DNA of 57,641 bases from Chloroflexota bacterium (GCA_034722275.1 JAYENW010000028.1:1-57641); one strand, 5' to 3'; positions 39,856 through 54,742 are shown, numbered from the stretch's first letter. Program-made: numbers and translations. The notes: generated by a model from the sequence alone, not told the origin.

Positions 39856-41058
39856 CTAATTGGTAATCTTGCTGATTACACCAGCGCCCACTGTTTTACC
39901 GCCTTCCCTGATAGCAAAACGCAATCCTTCTTCCATGGCTACAGGGGCAATGGTCTTGATCTTCATATGAGTCAGACTATCACCAGGCATGGCCATCTCT
40001 ATGCTTTCAGGGAGAATTATTTCACCAGTAATATCCATAGTCCTGATGTAGAACTGAGGCTTGTAGCCTGTGAAGAACGGAGTATGCCTTCCTCCTTCAT
40101 TTTTGGTCAAGATATACACTTCTGCTTCGGCTTCAGTGTGAGGTTTAACAGTGCCTGGCGCTGCTATAACTTGACCTCTTTCTATTTCGTCTCGATCTAT
40201 ACCACGCAGTAACACTCCAATAGCATCACCAGGCTCTGCCTCGCCTACAGATTTATGGAACATCTCAACGCTGATTGCCACCGTTTTTCTGGTTTTTCCC
40301 AATCCCACAATCTCTATTTCCTCTCCAGCCTTAAGCACACCGCGCTCTACTCTTCCGGTGGGTACTGTACCGCGCCCTTTAATACTGAACACATCTTCTA
40401 CTGGCATTAAGAAAGGCTTATCCTTATCTCTTTTAGGCATGGGGATGTATTCATCAATAGCATCAATTAACTTCCATACGGGACCACACCACTGACATTC
40501 CCTTTTGCCACAACCGCACTCTAGAGATTTCAGAGCACTTACTCGGATGATGGGGGTTTCGTCACCAGGGAAATTATATTTTTTGAGTAAATCTCTGACC
40601 TCCATCTCTACTAGGTCTAATAACTCGGGGTCGTCCATCAAATCAACTTTATTGAGAGCCACTATTATACGTGGAACTTCTACCTGCCGTGCCAGCAAGA
40701 TGTGCTCCCTGGTTTGTGGCATAGGACCATCATCGGCAGCAACCACCAAGATAGCACCATCCATCTGAGCTGCTCCAGTTATCATGTTCTTAATATAATC
40801 AGCGTGCCCGGGGCAATCGACATGACAATAATGGCGACTTTCAGTCTCATACTCAATATGAGAGATGGCGATTGTTAGCCCCCGTGCTTTTTCCTCAGGA
40901 GCATTATCAATGGAATCGAAAGGGCAGAACTGCGTACCACCCGTTTTGGATAACACCTGAGTCATGGCTGCAGTCAGCGTTGTCTTGCCATGATCTACAT
41001 GTCCTATAGTACCCACATTGACGTGTGGTTTAATCCGTTCATAAATTTTCTTTGCCAT
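39856..41058 (-). CDS. tuf: Elongation factor Tu
   Basis: [34 protein letters not shown] and [13 protein letters not shown]. Confidence 0.99.
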   Translation of the reverse strand: MAKKIYERIKPHVNVGTIGHVDHGKTTLTAAMTQVLSKTGGTQFCPFDSIDNAPEEKARGLTIAISHIEYETESRHYCHVDCPGHADYIKNMITGAAQMDGAILVVAADDGPMPQTREHILLARQVEVPRIIVALNKVDLMDDPELLDLVEMEVRDLLKKYNFPGDETPIIRVSALKSLECGCGKRECQWCGPVWKLIDAIDEYIPMPKRDKDKPFLMPVEDVFSIKGRGTVPTGRVERGVLKAGEEIEIVGLGKTRKTVAISVEMFHKSVGEAEPGDAIGVLLRGIDRDEIERGQVIAAPGTVKPHTEAEAEVYILTKNEGGRHTPFFTGYKPQFYIRTMDITGEIILPESIEMAMPGDSLTHMKIKTIAPVAMEEGLRFAIREGGKTVGAGVISKITN

Positions 41059-41080
41059 TTTATAACCTCCTTTATTTCAA

Positions 41081-41153
41081 AGCCCACAACCAGATTCGAA
41101 CTGGTGACCCCGTTCTTACCAAGAACGTGCTCTACCACCTGAGCTATGTGGGC
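41081..41153 (-). tRNA. tRNA-Thr(GGT)
   Basis: GCCCACATAGCTCAGGTGGTAGAGCACGTTCTTGGTAAGAACGGGGTCACCAGTTCGAATCTGGTTGTGGGCT. Confidence 0.96.
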
Positions 41154-41169
41154 ATATTCTACTAAATAA

Positions 41170-41253
41170 TGGAGGGGGTAGGATTCGAACCCACGAAGCC
41201 ACAAAGGCGGCAGATTTACAGTCTGCTCCGATTAACCACTCCGGCACCCCTCC
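41170..41253 (-). tRNA. tRNA-Tyr(GTA)
   Basis: GGAGGGGTGCCGGAGTGGTTAATCGGAGCAGACTGTAAATCTGCCGCCTTTGTGGCTTCGTGGGTTCGAATCCTACCCCCTCCA; long variable arm. Confidence 0.96.
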
Positions 41254-41296
41254 TACTGTATCAAAGTTTAACACAAGGTATTTAAAAAATCTAATT

Positions 41297-41368
41297 AGCC
41301 CGAGAGGGGATTCGAACCTCCAACCTACCGATTACAAGTCGGTTGCGCTACCATTGCGCCACTCGGGC
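41297..41368 (-). tRNA. tRNA-Thr(TGT)
   Basis: GCCCGAGTGGCGCAATGGTAGCGCAACCGACTTGTAATCGGTAGGTTGGAGGTTCGAATCCCCTCTCGGGCT; one A-C mismatch in the T-stem. Confidence 0.93.
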
Positions 41369-41383
41369 AGACTCTAAGCCGAT

Positions 41384-41413
41384 AGTATAAATAAAAGACA
41401 GAAATAGTGTCAA
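41384..41413 (-). promoter_or_regulatory. Promoter of the tRNA-tuf operon
   Basis: TTGACA, 18-nt spacer, TATACT, just upstream of tRNA-Thr(TGT). Confidence 0.65.
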
Positions 41414-41479
41414 ACATTGTGGGGAGTTCTAGAATCTTTTGTGTGACCTTTCTGTGAATAGTGAGGTGAAACAAATTAT

Positions 41480-44261
<2,782 letters not shown>

Positions 44262-44290
44262 CTGAAGCTTGTTTAGGGATTATACCACAA

Positions 44291-44866
44291 TTAATTGAAT
44301 TTACTCATGGCTGCTTCTATGCCTTGAGCCAGGAAACAGTCAATCCCTTCAGCTATTCGAGCAATAGCAGGTTTGATGGCATCTTTTTCTTTTGAAGTAA
44401 AACTGCTGAGCACATAATTGACGATGATGTCTTCTTTATTGGATTGCTCCTTCACTTGTGGCCGTCCAATCCCAATTCTAATTCGAGGAAAATCACCGCT
44501 TCCCAAGTTGGAGATAATAGACTTCATTCCCTTGTGTCCGCCCGAGCTGCCGCTCTGCCGAATCCTCATTTTACCCAAAGGAAGATCAAGGTCGTCGTAA
44601 ATCACCAGAAGATCACTTATGGCAATGTCATACTTGCGCACAAGACTTTCCACAGCTTTGCCACTGAAATTGACAAAGGTTCTGGGCTTGGCCAGCAATA
44701 CCCTCTCGTTGGCTACTTCCCCAATGCCTGTCTTGGCCTGACATTCCCTTCGTTCGAACTTAATGGAGTGAATTCTGGCGAAGTAATTAAGACAGAGGAA
44801 GCCAACATTATGCCGGTTATGTGCATAATCTCGACCTGGATTACCTAAGCCAACGATGATTTTCAT
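44291..44866 (-). CDS. pth: Peptidyl-tRNA hydrolase
   Basis: IVGLGNPG, RHNVGF, KPRTFVN, DDLDLP, GGHKG and RIRIGIGRP. Confidence 0.96.
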   Translation of the reverse strand: MKIIVGLGNPGRDYAHNRHNVGFLCLNYFARIHSIKFERRECQAKTGIGEVANERVLLAKPRTFVNFSGKAVESLVRKYDIAISDLLVIYDDLDLPLGKMRIRQSGSSGGHKGMKSIISNLGSGDFPRIRIGIGRPQVKEQSNKEDIIVNYVLSSFTSKEKDAIKPAIARIAEGIDCFLAQGIEAAMSKFN

Positions 44867-44899
44867 TTCCTATGAATCCCAAGGCAGCTCAGAAAATTG

Positions 44900-46927
<2,028 letters not shown>

Positions 46928-47031
46928 CTATATAATACCGCATGGCTTCGAAAATGGACAGTAACGCATTAACAGCTTTATGCTAATACGACTTTATGGA
47001 AAACCATGGAGTTCTTAATAAGGTTACTATG

Positions 47032-47064
47032 ATGAGAAAGGGCTCATTATAGAGCCCCTCTCAT
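47032..47064 (-). terminator. Hairpin downstream of the acyl-CoA cluster
   Basis: ATGAGA-AA-GGGCTC-ATTATA-GAGCCC-C-TCTCAT inverted repeat about 30 nt after the stop at 47092. Confidence 0.5.
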
Positions 47065-47091
47065 ATAGAAAGTTCAGTTAGCCACAATATT

Positions 47092-49116
47092 TTACTTTTT
47101 ATACTCTGGCTGTCTCTTATTCATGAAAGCAGCTATACCCTCTTTAGCAGCATCAGTGCAAGAAATTTCTCCAAAGCCTTTATACCCAATCTCAAGAGCA
47201 TCTTTAAAAGAGCTAGCTGCTGCAGCGTTCTTGATAGTCTTAGCCATGATAGAGACTGCCTCTTTGCTCAGAGCCAGTTTGCCTGCCATAGGCTGTTCTG
47301 GCAGTTTTATTTCCGGAATAGCTACCTTACCATCAGGGATCCGCTTGATCTTACCTTGAAGGTCGTTTACTTCTTTAATAGCTTCCTGAATCATATTGAA
47401 ATAACTATCTGAAAGCTTTTTCACCATGCCAATATCAAGAGCTTTCTGAGCATTAATGACTTTCCCCAAACAGAGTGTTTCATGGAACACTGCAGCCGAT
47501 TCTGGCCATTTGCGGTAAGGAATAACACATCCTCCTATCCCGGGCAGTATGCCAAGCGTGATTTCTGGGAACTGGAAAGTGGCATTCCTAGTAGCCACCA
47601 CACTATGACATCGGAGAGCCATCTCGAATCCACCACCCAACGCCATCCCATTTACCGCAGCCACAACTGGTTTATCCATCTGGTCGATAAACATCTGTAC
47701 CTTGGCACAATCCCTGGCATATTGGGCTGAAGCTTCAGCATCACCCAGCAATTGGGTGAATCTTCCAATTTCGGCGCCAGCACAGAAAGCTCTCTGCCCG
47801 TATCCTGTGATGATAAATCCTTTTATGTAGGGATTACCTTCGCCTTTCTTCAAAACATCCAAAATTTCATCATTAACCTCATCACTCAGAGCATTCATAA
47901 ACTGAGGCCTGCGGATAGTGATGATTTCCACTCCATCTATATTATCTACCAGAATATGGCGCTTGAAATCCTGGTACTCAGCAGAAGGTTTCCCCATTCC
48001 AGGAAATCCTTGCCTTTCCTTTTGGAACTTTTTGATTATCCGCTCAGTTTCTACTTCCCCTAATTCTCGCATTATATCAAACGGCCCCTGTTTGAAACCC
48101 AGAGCTACCTGGCAGCCCAGATTAAGGTCTTCAGGAGTCCCAATACCACGGTCGACGATATCAAAGGATTGAGAGAACATAATTCCCAATAACCGATCCC
48201 GCACAATATTTTTAATATCGTCAGGAACTTCCACCTTCTCCCTGAGTCCTATGGTTTTCCAGTTGTCAACTGACCTAAGGATAAGTGCTGGCTTATAATG
48301 AGCACCTTCCTCCATCTGAAGGGAATTGCACTCAAAAACAATAGGATTCCCTCTAGCCATGTTAAGAGTCCAGAGTGGACCAGAGATAGCAAATTCCTGT
48401 CCTACTGTGTCAACCTGACTGGCAGTAGCCACATCGAGAAGGTAAGCAGCCTCATTGCACCAGTTATCAAAGACCCGGTCCAGAATAAAGCAAATGGCAT
48501 TATCAGATATGATGGGGACTTTGCCCATAGCACAGAACATCAAGAATAAGTAATCCACTGTCTCTCGCACACACTTCTCCCAGGTAATCACCTCCACCGC
48601 AGGGTTTCGCCAGGCTGGTGCAAAGAAGTGAGTGATGGTGGCTCTCTGTGGATTTTTCATCTTTGCGAAGAGGCGATCAGCTGGGATAGAACTGGTATTG
48701 GATGTGATAATAGTATCTTCGCTCACTACATCCTCAATCTGGGTAAAAATCTTTTGCTTCAGGGCTATGTTCTCGGCAGCAGCCTCAATAACTAAGTCGC
48801 AATTCTTAATTTGAGAATAATCTGTCGTGTAGGTGATGTTTTTCAGAACTTCTTTGCCCTCATCCTCTTTCATCTTCTTTCTAGCTATTGCTTTCTCTAC
48901 ATATCCCTGAAGGCGTTTCTCTGCATTCCTAAGTGGCTCTTCTATTATGTCTACTAAAGTGAGCTTAATCTCCGGTGAACCACTCTTGAAAAAATAGCCA
49001 ATATCGGGGCCAATAGTCCCGGCACCCACTATTGCTACTTCTTTTGGGGGGGGACGCTTGAGCGTCATCAGTAAAGGGTTAAGAACTGTTGGATAAAGTT
49101 TGCTTTTGCTATCCAT
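47092..49116 (-). CDS. Bifunctional 3-hydroxyacyl-CoA dehydrogenase / enoyl-CoA hydratase (dehydrogenase domain first)
   Basis: VGAGTIG, VIEAAAE, SNTSS and HFFAP, then a crotonase domain (AFCAGAEI, ALGGGFE, PEITLGILPG); ATG 49116 follows AAAGGAGG. Confidence 0.92.
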   Translation of the reverse strand: MDSKSKLYPTVLNPLLMTLKRPPPKEVAIVGAGTIGPDIGYFFKSGSPEIKLTLVDIIEEPLRNAEKRLQGYVEKAIARKKMKEDEGKEVLKNITYTTDYSQIKNCDLVIEAAAENIALKQKIFTQIEDVVSEDTIITSNTSSIPADRLFAKMKNPQRATITHFFAPAWRNPAVEVITWEKCVRETVDYLFLMFCAMGKVPIISDNAICFILDRVFDNWCNEAAYLLDVATASQVDTVGQEFAISGPLWTLNMARGNPIVFECNSLQMEEGAHYKPALILRSVDNWKTIGLREKVEVPDDIKNIVRDRLLGIMFSQSFDIVDRGIGTPEDLNLGCQVALGFKQGPFDIMRELGEVETERIIKKFQKERQGFPGMGKPSAEYQDFKRHILVDNIDGVEIITIRRPQFMNALSDEVNDEILDVLKKGEGNPYIKGFIITGYGQRAFCAGAEIGRFTQLLGDAEASAQYARDCAKVQMFIDQMDKPVVAAVNGMALGGGFEMALRCHSVVATRNATFQFPEITLGILPGIGGCVIPYRKWPESAAVFHETLCLGKVINAQKALDIGMVKKLSDSYFNMIQEAIKEVNDLQGKIKRIPDGKVAIPEIKLPEQPMAGKLALSKEAVSIMAKTIKNAAAASSFKDALEIGYKGFGEISCTDAAKEGIAAFMNKRQPEYKK

Positions 49117-49126
49117 GATTCCTCCT

Positions 49127-50326
49127 TTATTCTGGTAATCCAAAGATGGTTACTGCTGCAATATGGATACCGACATTACCACCAATATTGCTAATTAAAC
49201 CGAGTTTGGGGCTTTTCACCTGTCTTGCTGGATTATCAACCTTACCCTGCAATTGTTTGTAGATTTCGTAAGTCATTCTGAGACCGCTGGCCGAAAGAGG
49301 ATGCCCAAAACATTTCAAACCACCATCGGTGTTGACAGGTTGTTCACCTTGAAGGGTGAATCTGCCTGCCAGCACATCCTCAGGAGCTTTACCTCGAGGA
49401 CTAAACTGTAAATCCTCATAACTTATAAGTTCAGTAGTACTGAAACAGTCATGCAGTTCGGCTATGCTTATTTCCTCTCGTGGATTGGTTATTTCGGCTT
49501 CTTCGTAGGCAGCTTTGGCAGCGGCTGCATTCTCTGGGAAATAGAGAAAGTTAAATTCAGCTTGCAGTGTTGCCTGAGCTGCGCCAGCAGCTAATGCCTG
49601 AGCCTTTACTAAGATGTAATCCTTTCTCATAGTCTTGGCTATCTCAGGTGTGGTGACAATGGCAGCAGCACAGCCGTCACTCATGCCACAACAATCATAC
49701 AGCGTATACGGCCAGACAATTAAAGGTGACTTGAGGACGTCTTCTACTGTTATTTTGCGATGTAAGTGAGCTCTGGTGGTTAAGAAGCCGTTATCATGAT
49801 TTTTTACGTCTATCAAAGCCAGCATCCGTTTGTAATCCTCAAAACTCCACTTATAATAATCACGATAATGATAGAAATACCTCGTGCCATATTGACCAAA
49901 CTGACTTGCTGGAGGTATATCCCATTCCGTTATACTTCTATCCAACGGCTCCTGGATAAAGAAGCCAAAGCCGCCATTGTGGTCTTTGGTTTTCTCAATC
50001 CCGCAGGCAAGCACGATGTCATAAACTCCTGAAGCCACTCCATAGCAGGCGTTTCTCAGAGTATCCTGCCCACCGCAACAAAAATTCTCTACCCTGGTAA
50101 CAGGGATATATTCTGTTTTTAGGGCGCGAGATAGATGAGCACCGGTGAGGCCCGATTCACGGCTACCATACCATGCAGCTTGAATATCTTTAGGTTCTAT
50201 GCCCGCATCCTCAAAAGCTTCATAGCAAGCGTCTACTACCAAGTCCTCAATACTTTTATCCCAAAGTTCCCCAAATTTGGTACAGCCCATGCCCACTATT
50301 GCCACTTTGTCTTTGATGCTTCCCAT
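49127..50326 (-). CDS. SCP2-type thiolase / acetyl-CoA acyltransferase
   Basis: VGMGCTKFGE, RVENFCCGG (Cys), SDGCAA, ELHDCF and NTDGGLKCFGHPLSASG. Confidence 0.92.
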   Translation of the reverse strand: MGSIKDKVAIVGMGCTKFGELWDKSIEDLVVDACYEAFEDAGIEPKDIQAAWYGSRESGLTGAHLSRALKTEYIPVTRVENFCCGGQDTLRNACYGVASGVYDIVLACGIEKTKDHNGGFGFFIQEPLDRSITEWDIPPASQFGQYGTRYFYHYRDYYKWSFEDYKRMLALIDVKNHDNGFLTTRAHLHRKITVEDVLKSPLIVWPYTLYDCCGMSDGCAAAIVTTPEIAKTMRKDYILVKAQALAAGAAQATLQAEFNFLYFPENAAAAKAAYEEAEITNPREEISIAELHDCFSTTELISYEDLQFSPRGKAPEDVLAGRFTLQGEQPVNTDGGLKCFGHPLSASGLRMTYEIYKQLQGKVDNPARQVKSPKLGLISNIGGNVGIHIAAVTIFGLPE

Positions 50327-50343
50327 AACATTTACCTCCTAAC

Positions 50344-51774
50344 TTACTTCATAATGTCAGTTCGCAGCGGCGTAGATTTCCACAAATAGGTATATACTCC
50401 CTCTCTGAGAGTTATCGTTTCCCACAAAGGATATCTTCTAAAGGTCATCTCCACTGCTAAATCAATCGTAATCTTGTCGAGGTCTGCTTCCGTCATGTAG
50501 GTTTGCATTCTTCCCCCGCCTTCAAAATCAACTTCGGTGGTGACCACAGGGCCTTCAATGCTCGGAGTGATGTAATCCATATTGTAAGTGACTATCTTAC
50601 CTTTCTTGCCCAAGAAACTATAAGGCTCCATTTGGTCTTTGGCGTGACATTTGGTGCATACTCTTTGTGGTGGATACTGAACATATCCGCAGGTCGTACA
50701 TCTGGAACCATGTATGCTGATGTCTTTAACATAGTCTCTCTTTGCAGCTACCGCCGAGTAAGAAACGTTAGGTCCGGCTATTCTATCAATAGGTACAATT
50801 CTGCGCCATCGAAGATATTTCAAATAATCAGTGGTTATCTTTTTTGAAGCCAGGTGCCCTTTCATTCCCAGCCTGTTGCCATTTTTGACTTCCTCTATTT
50901 GTTCGGTTACTTTCAAGGCAAAGGCATCAGCGCCATTGCCATAATTAGCCAGGAGGATGAGGTCACCAGCTTTGGCTTCTTCCAATGCCGCTACTAGCAA
51001 CATCAAGGCTGAAGCAGTGCCGGTATTGCCCATGACATTGATGAGAGGGTCTTGAACTTGAGCAGCTTCGAAACCAAGGCTCTTCGCCACCTGTGCACCT
51101 CTTCTGGCATCGGGGCTATAAAAAACCACTTTGGCAAAGTCAGCCGGCTTATAGTCGAATTTCTTCATCAAGCCAGATACTGCTTCGTACATTGAGGGCA
51201 GATAGCCTTGTTCTATGGCAAATCTATCTTCCCAGAAGCGCACGAAGGTATCATTTTCATTTCTCCACACATCGTAAATTTCATTGTAAACTGAATAGCT
51301 ACCTTCCAGAGTAACGGCCACATTTTCATCACCAATAAGGATGGCAGCAGCTCCGTCACCAAAATTTCTTTCCAGGGCTGAGCCAGGTGTTGCTGGACGG
51401 CAATCAGCAGCAGCCACCACCATGTTTTTGACAGAGCCTGCCTTAACACCATCTATGGCTGCTTTAAAGGCGGCTGTGGATGCTCTCAGAGAATTAGCAA
51501 ATTCAGCAGTATAAGCATTTTGCTTGAGGTCAGTTGCCATGGCTGTTGTAGTCGCTCCAAGGTGCTCTTTATAGGGTGAAGTGGTGGTGGCAAGATATAA
51601 ACCGTCTACTGTCTTTCGGTCTATGCCATTCAGACAATCATTAACTGCTGCTGCCGCCATCGTGACATTATCCTCATCGAAATTGGCGATAGCCTTCTCT
51701 CCTCTTCCACCTATCACCTTCTTGTCTAATCTAAACAGGGGCACATAAGCTCCATATGAAGTTATGCCAACCAT
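50344..51774 (-). CDS. HMG-CoA-synthase-like domain fused to DUF35 (Zn ribbon plus OB fold)
   Basis: MVGITSYGAYVP, DEDNVTMA, FGDGAAA, GNTGTA and YGNGADA; C-terminal CTTC..YPPQRVCTKC and OB fold; the nucleophile position reads NSLRAST. Confidence 0.88.
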   Translation of the reverse strand: MVGITSYGAYVPLFRLDKKVIGGRGEKAIANFDEDNVTMAAAAVNDCLNGIDRKTVDGLYLATTTSPYKEHLGATTTAMATDLKQNAYTAEFANSLRASTAAFKAAIDGVKAGSVKNMVVAAADCRPATPGSALERNFGDGAAAILIGDENVAVTLEGSYSVYNEIYDVWRNENDTFVRFWEDRFAIEQGYLPSMYEAVSGLMKKFDYKPADFAKVVFYSPDARRGAQVAKSLGFEAAQVQDPLINVMGNTGTASALMLLVAALEEAKAGDLILLANYGNGADAFALKVTEQIEEVKNGNRLGMKGHLASKKITTDYLKYLRWRRIVPIDRIAGPNVSYSAVAAKRDYVKDISIHGSRCTTCGYVQYPPQRVCTKCHAKDQMEPYSFLGKKGKIVTYNMDYITPSIEGPVVTTEVDFEGGGRMQTYMTEADLDKITIDLAVEMTFRRYPLWETITLREGVYTYLWKSTPLRTDIMK

Positions 51775-51817
51775 ACCTATTCCCTCCTTTACTCTAACAT
51801 TTTTAGGTCTGCAAATG

Positions 51818-51852
51818 AAAAAACAATGCCCTGAGAAAATCAGGGCATTGTT
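51818..51852 (-). terminator. Intrinsic terminator inside the acyl-CoA cluster
   Basis: 13-bp stem AACAATGCCCTGA/TCAGGGCATTGTT followed by a T-run on the minus strand. Confidence 0.7.
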
Positions 51853-51897
51853 CCTAGATAGGCTGTTTCTTGCTTGCAAGCATATGTAGTTCTACCT

Positions 51898-52320
51898 TTA
51901 ATATTTACCGTCAATGACCTCAGTCAGAATACCACGAGCAGCTTTGGGATGGATGAAAGCGAAATATCTCTTCCCCCACTCAAAATAGCGTGGCTTCTGA
52001 TCCAGCACTTTTACGTTGTTTTTCTTGAGCACTTCTAAAGCATCGGCGGCGTTATCCACATTATAGCTTACAATCATGACTCCCTCGCCACGGCTCTCGA
52101 CAAATTTTGCCGTGTTGCCTGTACCATCAAGGTCTTCCATTACCTCTATCGCCGTAGGGCCTACCATAAATCCGGTGACCCTGATTTTCTCAGGCTCATC
52201 AATATAGCGGTAAGCTACATCCCAGCCAAAAGCGTTGATGTAATCTTGCTCGGCCTGCTTAAGATCTTTAACGGCGATACAAATGTGGTCTACGTAGTTT
52301 ACTTTTAATTTTTCAGCCAT
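51898..52320 (-). CDS. VOC family protein (methylmalonyl-CoA epimerase-like)
   Basis: VDHICIAVKDL, IEVME, KFVESRGEG, AFIHPK and GILTEV. Confidence 0.85.
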   Translation of the reverse strand: MAEKLKVNYVDHICIAVKDLKQAEQDYINAFGWDVAYRYIDEPEKIRVTGFMVGPTAIEVMEDLDGTGNTAKFVESRGEGVMIVSYNVDNAADALEVLKKNNVKVLDQKPRYFEWGKRYFAFIHPKAARGILTEVIDGKY

Positions 52321-52344
52321 TTTGAATACTCTCCTTTTATTTTT

Positions 52345-52665
52345 TTACATTCTGGAAAAGTAAGGAGTATTGTTGCTTTGGGGATCGCCAGGGCGAAGCC
52401 TGAAGATAATAGCACCTTCTACTGGACAGGAGTCGAAGCATTCACCACACTGCTGGCAGAAGTCATAAACAATCGCTGCCTTACCATTCACTAACCCAAT
52501 GATTCCCGGCGGGCATGCTCTTATACAAGCTGCACACCCATTGCATCTGTAAGCATCAATCCATGGATATAATGAAGTGTTGGTGGAAGAGCTGGAATTG
52601 GGGTAAACACCAATCTCTGTACCTGGTAGGTGAGGACGCGCACTTGCAATTTGACTTATTATCAT
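52345..52665 (-). CDS. 2x[4Fe-4S] ferredoxin with low-complexity N-terminal extension
   Basis: CNGCAACIRACP and CQQCGECFDSCP; AAGGAGAG RBS. Confidence 0.85.
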   Translation of the reverse strand: MIISQIASARPHLPGTEIGVYPNSSSSTNTSLYPWIDAYRCNGCAACIRACPPGIIGLVNGKAAIVYDFCQQCGECFDSCPVEGAIIFRLRPGDPQSNNTPYFSRM

Positions 52666-52714
52666 TTTTTATCTCTCCTTTCCTTGGCTAAAAACTCGCT
52701 TCATCTTCAATGGA

Positions 52715-54742
52715 TTAAAACCTCATTCCCAATCGGTAACCATCCTGAATAGCATCAATGCCTCTTCTTACCTTGACACAGTCACCAATCATAGACACAT
52801 CAGCTTTGGAGGAGCCGTAGCCCAGTTCTTTATTGGGAACGAGCTTGGCGAGAATTACTGTGTCTGCAGGAATGGTCTGATCCTTAAATTCCTGCCTTTC
52901 TTTTGTCTTCCTATTCACCAGTGTCCAGCTTGCCACAACGCCAGTATCAGTTATTTCTTTAACCTCGCCGTAAGTTAACTGCTTAACATTGCCTTGAGTT
53001 AGTCTCAGTCTGTATCTCCAGATGTAGGCAGCCGTGACATCTGCACCAAATCGTGGTGCCGAGTCAATCATTGCTAGATTGTAATCCTGGATGCCCTCCT
53101 TCTCAAACTTTCCAAGAACGAAGATGGCGAGTGAAATAGCGGCACCTGAACCGCCAAGGATGACGACATTCTTCCCCAGCTTCGCCCTGCCGCTGAACAC
53201 ATCGAACATGCTCACTACATGTGGTTTGTCCGCTCCAGGAATCTTGGGAACTTCTGGCACAGCGCCGGTAGCAATCACTACTGAATCCGGATTTTCTTTC
53301 TGAATCAGTTCTTTTGTCACCGGGGTGTTGAGAACAATCTTTGTTCCGCATTTGTCACACTGTGCCTTGTAATAGTCAACCAGTCTCATAAACTCCTGGT
53401 CATCCCAGTATTTATCGGAGCCTTCACCCCAGGGGTTTCTTGAGGCATAATAGAACTGCCCACCAATATTGGCCATCTTTTCGTAAACGGTAACATCATG
53501 ACCTTTCGCAGCAGCAAAGCATGCTGTCTGAAGACCAGCAATGCCAGCACCAGCGATGAGAATTTTCCTTGGTTTCGTTGCTTTGGGAAAGCCATAGTAA
53601 CCCCACTCAGGCTCGGCCTCGTGCCCTGAAGAGGGGCGTACCATGCATGTGACCGTAGCATCGCGGAACAAACGCGTCAAGCAGGTCTGACAGGCTAGAC
53701 AAGGGATAATATCCTCTTCATGACCCCATAGGATTTTATTGGGCAAAGCGGGATCGGCGATCTGCGGCCGGCACATCTCCCAGATATCAAGTTTGCCTTC
53801 GGCGATAGCCTTCTCAGGAATATCTGGAGTAAAAAGACGGTAAGCCATGCTGACTGGCTGTTTGATGTTCTTTTTCATGCGCTCAGCTATATAGAGCCAT
53901 GTGCCCATAGGTATATCTCTGGAAATGACGGACCCCAGGGATTCCTGCCATCCCACAGTTACACTCAAATAATCACAGCCGGCATCCATGGCGATCTTAA
54001 TTGACTCCAGGCTTTCTTCTTCGGTATTGCCGCCGCGGTCATCCAGCATTTCCCAGCCGCATAGTCGAATGCCCATGGGAACATCGGGACCAATTTCTTT
54101 GCGGATTGCTTCCAGAATTTTCCTCATGAAAGTGGATCGCCCTCTGATGTCTCCACCATACTCATCGGTCCTCTTATTGGTATATGATGAGAGGAAATTG
54201 GAAATAAGATAGCCCACGATACCTGAGACTTCAATGATATCGAAGCCAGCTTCAACTGCTCTCCGGGCCCCATCGGCATGCTCCTGAATGCAAGTTTCGA
54301 CCTCCTCTACAGTCATCTCCTTGGGGGGACGGAAACGGCGCAATCTTTGTGGTACCTCTGATGGCCCTACCGTGTATGGGAGGTTGATTCCACCTACTCG
54401 ACCACAGGCCATTAGCTGAAAATCAGCCAAGGCATCGCTTTTGTGGATGACATCAGCGAGTCTGCTCAAACCGGAAATAAATTTGTCATCCCAAACTCCC
54501 ATCATGCCAACATAGCCCTGCCCTTCACCTCTGGGGTCAGTGTAAGCACCCTGACAGGTTACGATACCGGAACCACCTCGTGCGTGCGCTTCAATGTATC
54601 CGATTTCCTTCTCGGCAACAAAGCCATCACTGTAGTTATAATTGGTTTCTGTGGAAGCGTATTTGATTCTGTTTTTCGACCATAGCTTCCCAATCTGAAT
54701 TGGGCTGAAGATGTGTGGATACTTTTCTTCTCCTGGCAGCAT
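52715..54742 (-). CDS. Old-yellow-enzyme family flavin/Fe-S oxidoreductase (dienoyl-CoA reductase/oxidase-like)
   Basis: IFSPIQIG, AGFDIIEV..IVGYLISNFLS..TNKRTDEYGG, CLACQTC...C cluster, GAGIAG FAD motif and IGDC. Confidence 0.9.
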   Translation of the reverse strand: MLPGEEKYPHIFSPIQIGKLWSKNRIKYASTETNYNYSDGFVAEKEIGYIEAHARGGSGIVTCQGAYTDPRGEGQGYVGMMGVWDDKFISGLSRLADVIHKSDALADFQLMACGRVGGINLPYTVGPSEVPQRLRRFRPPKEMTVEEVETCIQEHADGARRAVEAGFDIIEVSGIVGYLISNFLSSYTNKRTDEYGGDIRGRSTFMRKILEAIRKEIGPDVPMGIRLCGWEMLDDRGGNTEEESLESIKIAMDAGCDYLSVTVGWQESLGSVISRDIPMGTWLYIAERMKKNIKQPVSMAYRLFTPDIPEKAIAEGKLDIWEMCRPQIADPALPNKILWGHEEDIIPCLACQTCLTRLFRDATVTCMVRPSSGHEAEPEWGYYGFPKATKPRKILIAGAGIAGLQTACFAAAKGHDVTVYEKMANIGGQFYYASRNPWGEGSDKYWDDQEFMRLVDYYKAQCDKCGTKIVLNTPVTKELIQKENPDSVVIATGAVPEVPKIPGADKPHVVSMFDVFSGRAKLGKNVVILGGSGAAISLAIFVLGKFEKEGIQDYNLAMIDSAPRFGADVTAAYIWRYRLRLTQGNVKQLTYGEVKEITDTGVVASWTLVNRKTKERQEFKDQTIPADTVILAKLVPNKELGYGSSKADVSMIGDCVKVRRGIDAIQDGYRLGMRF

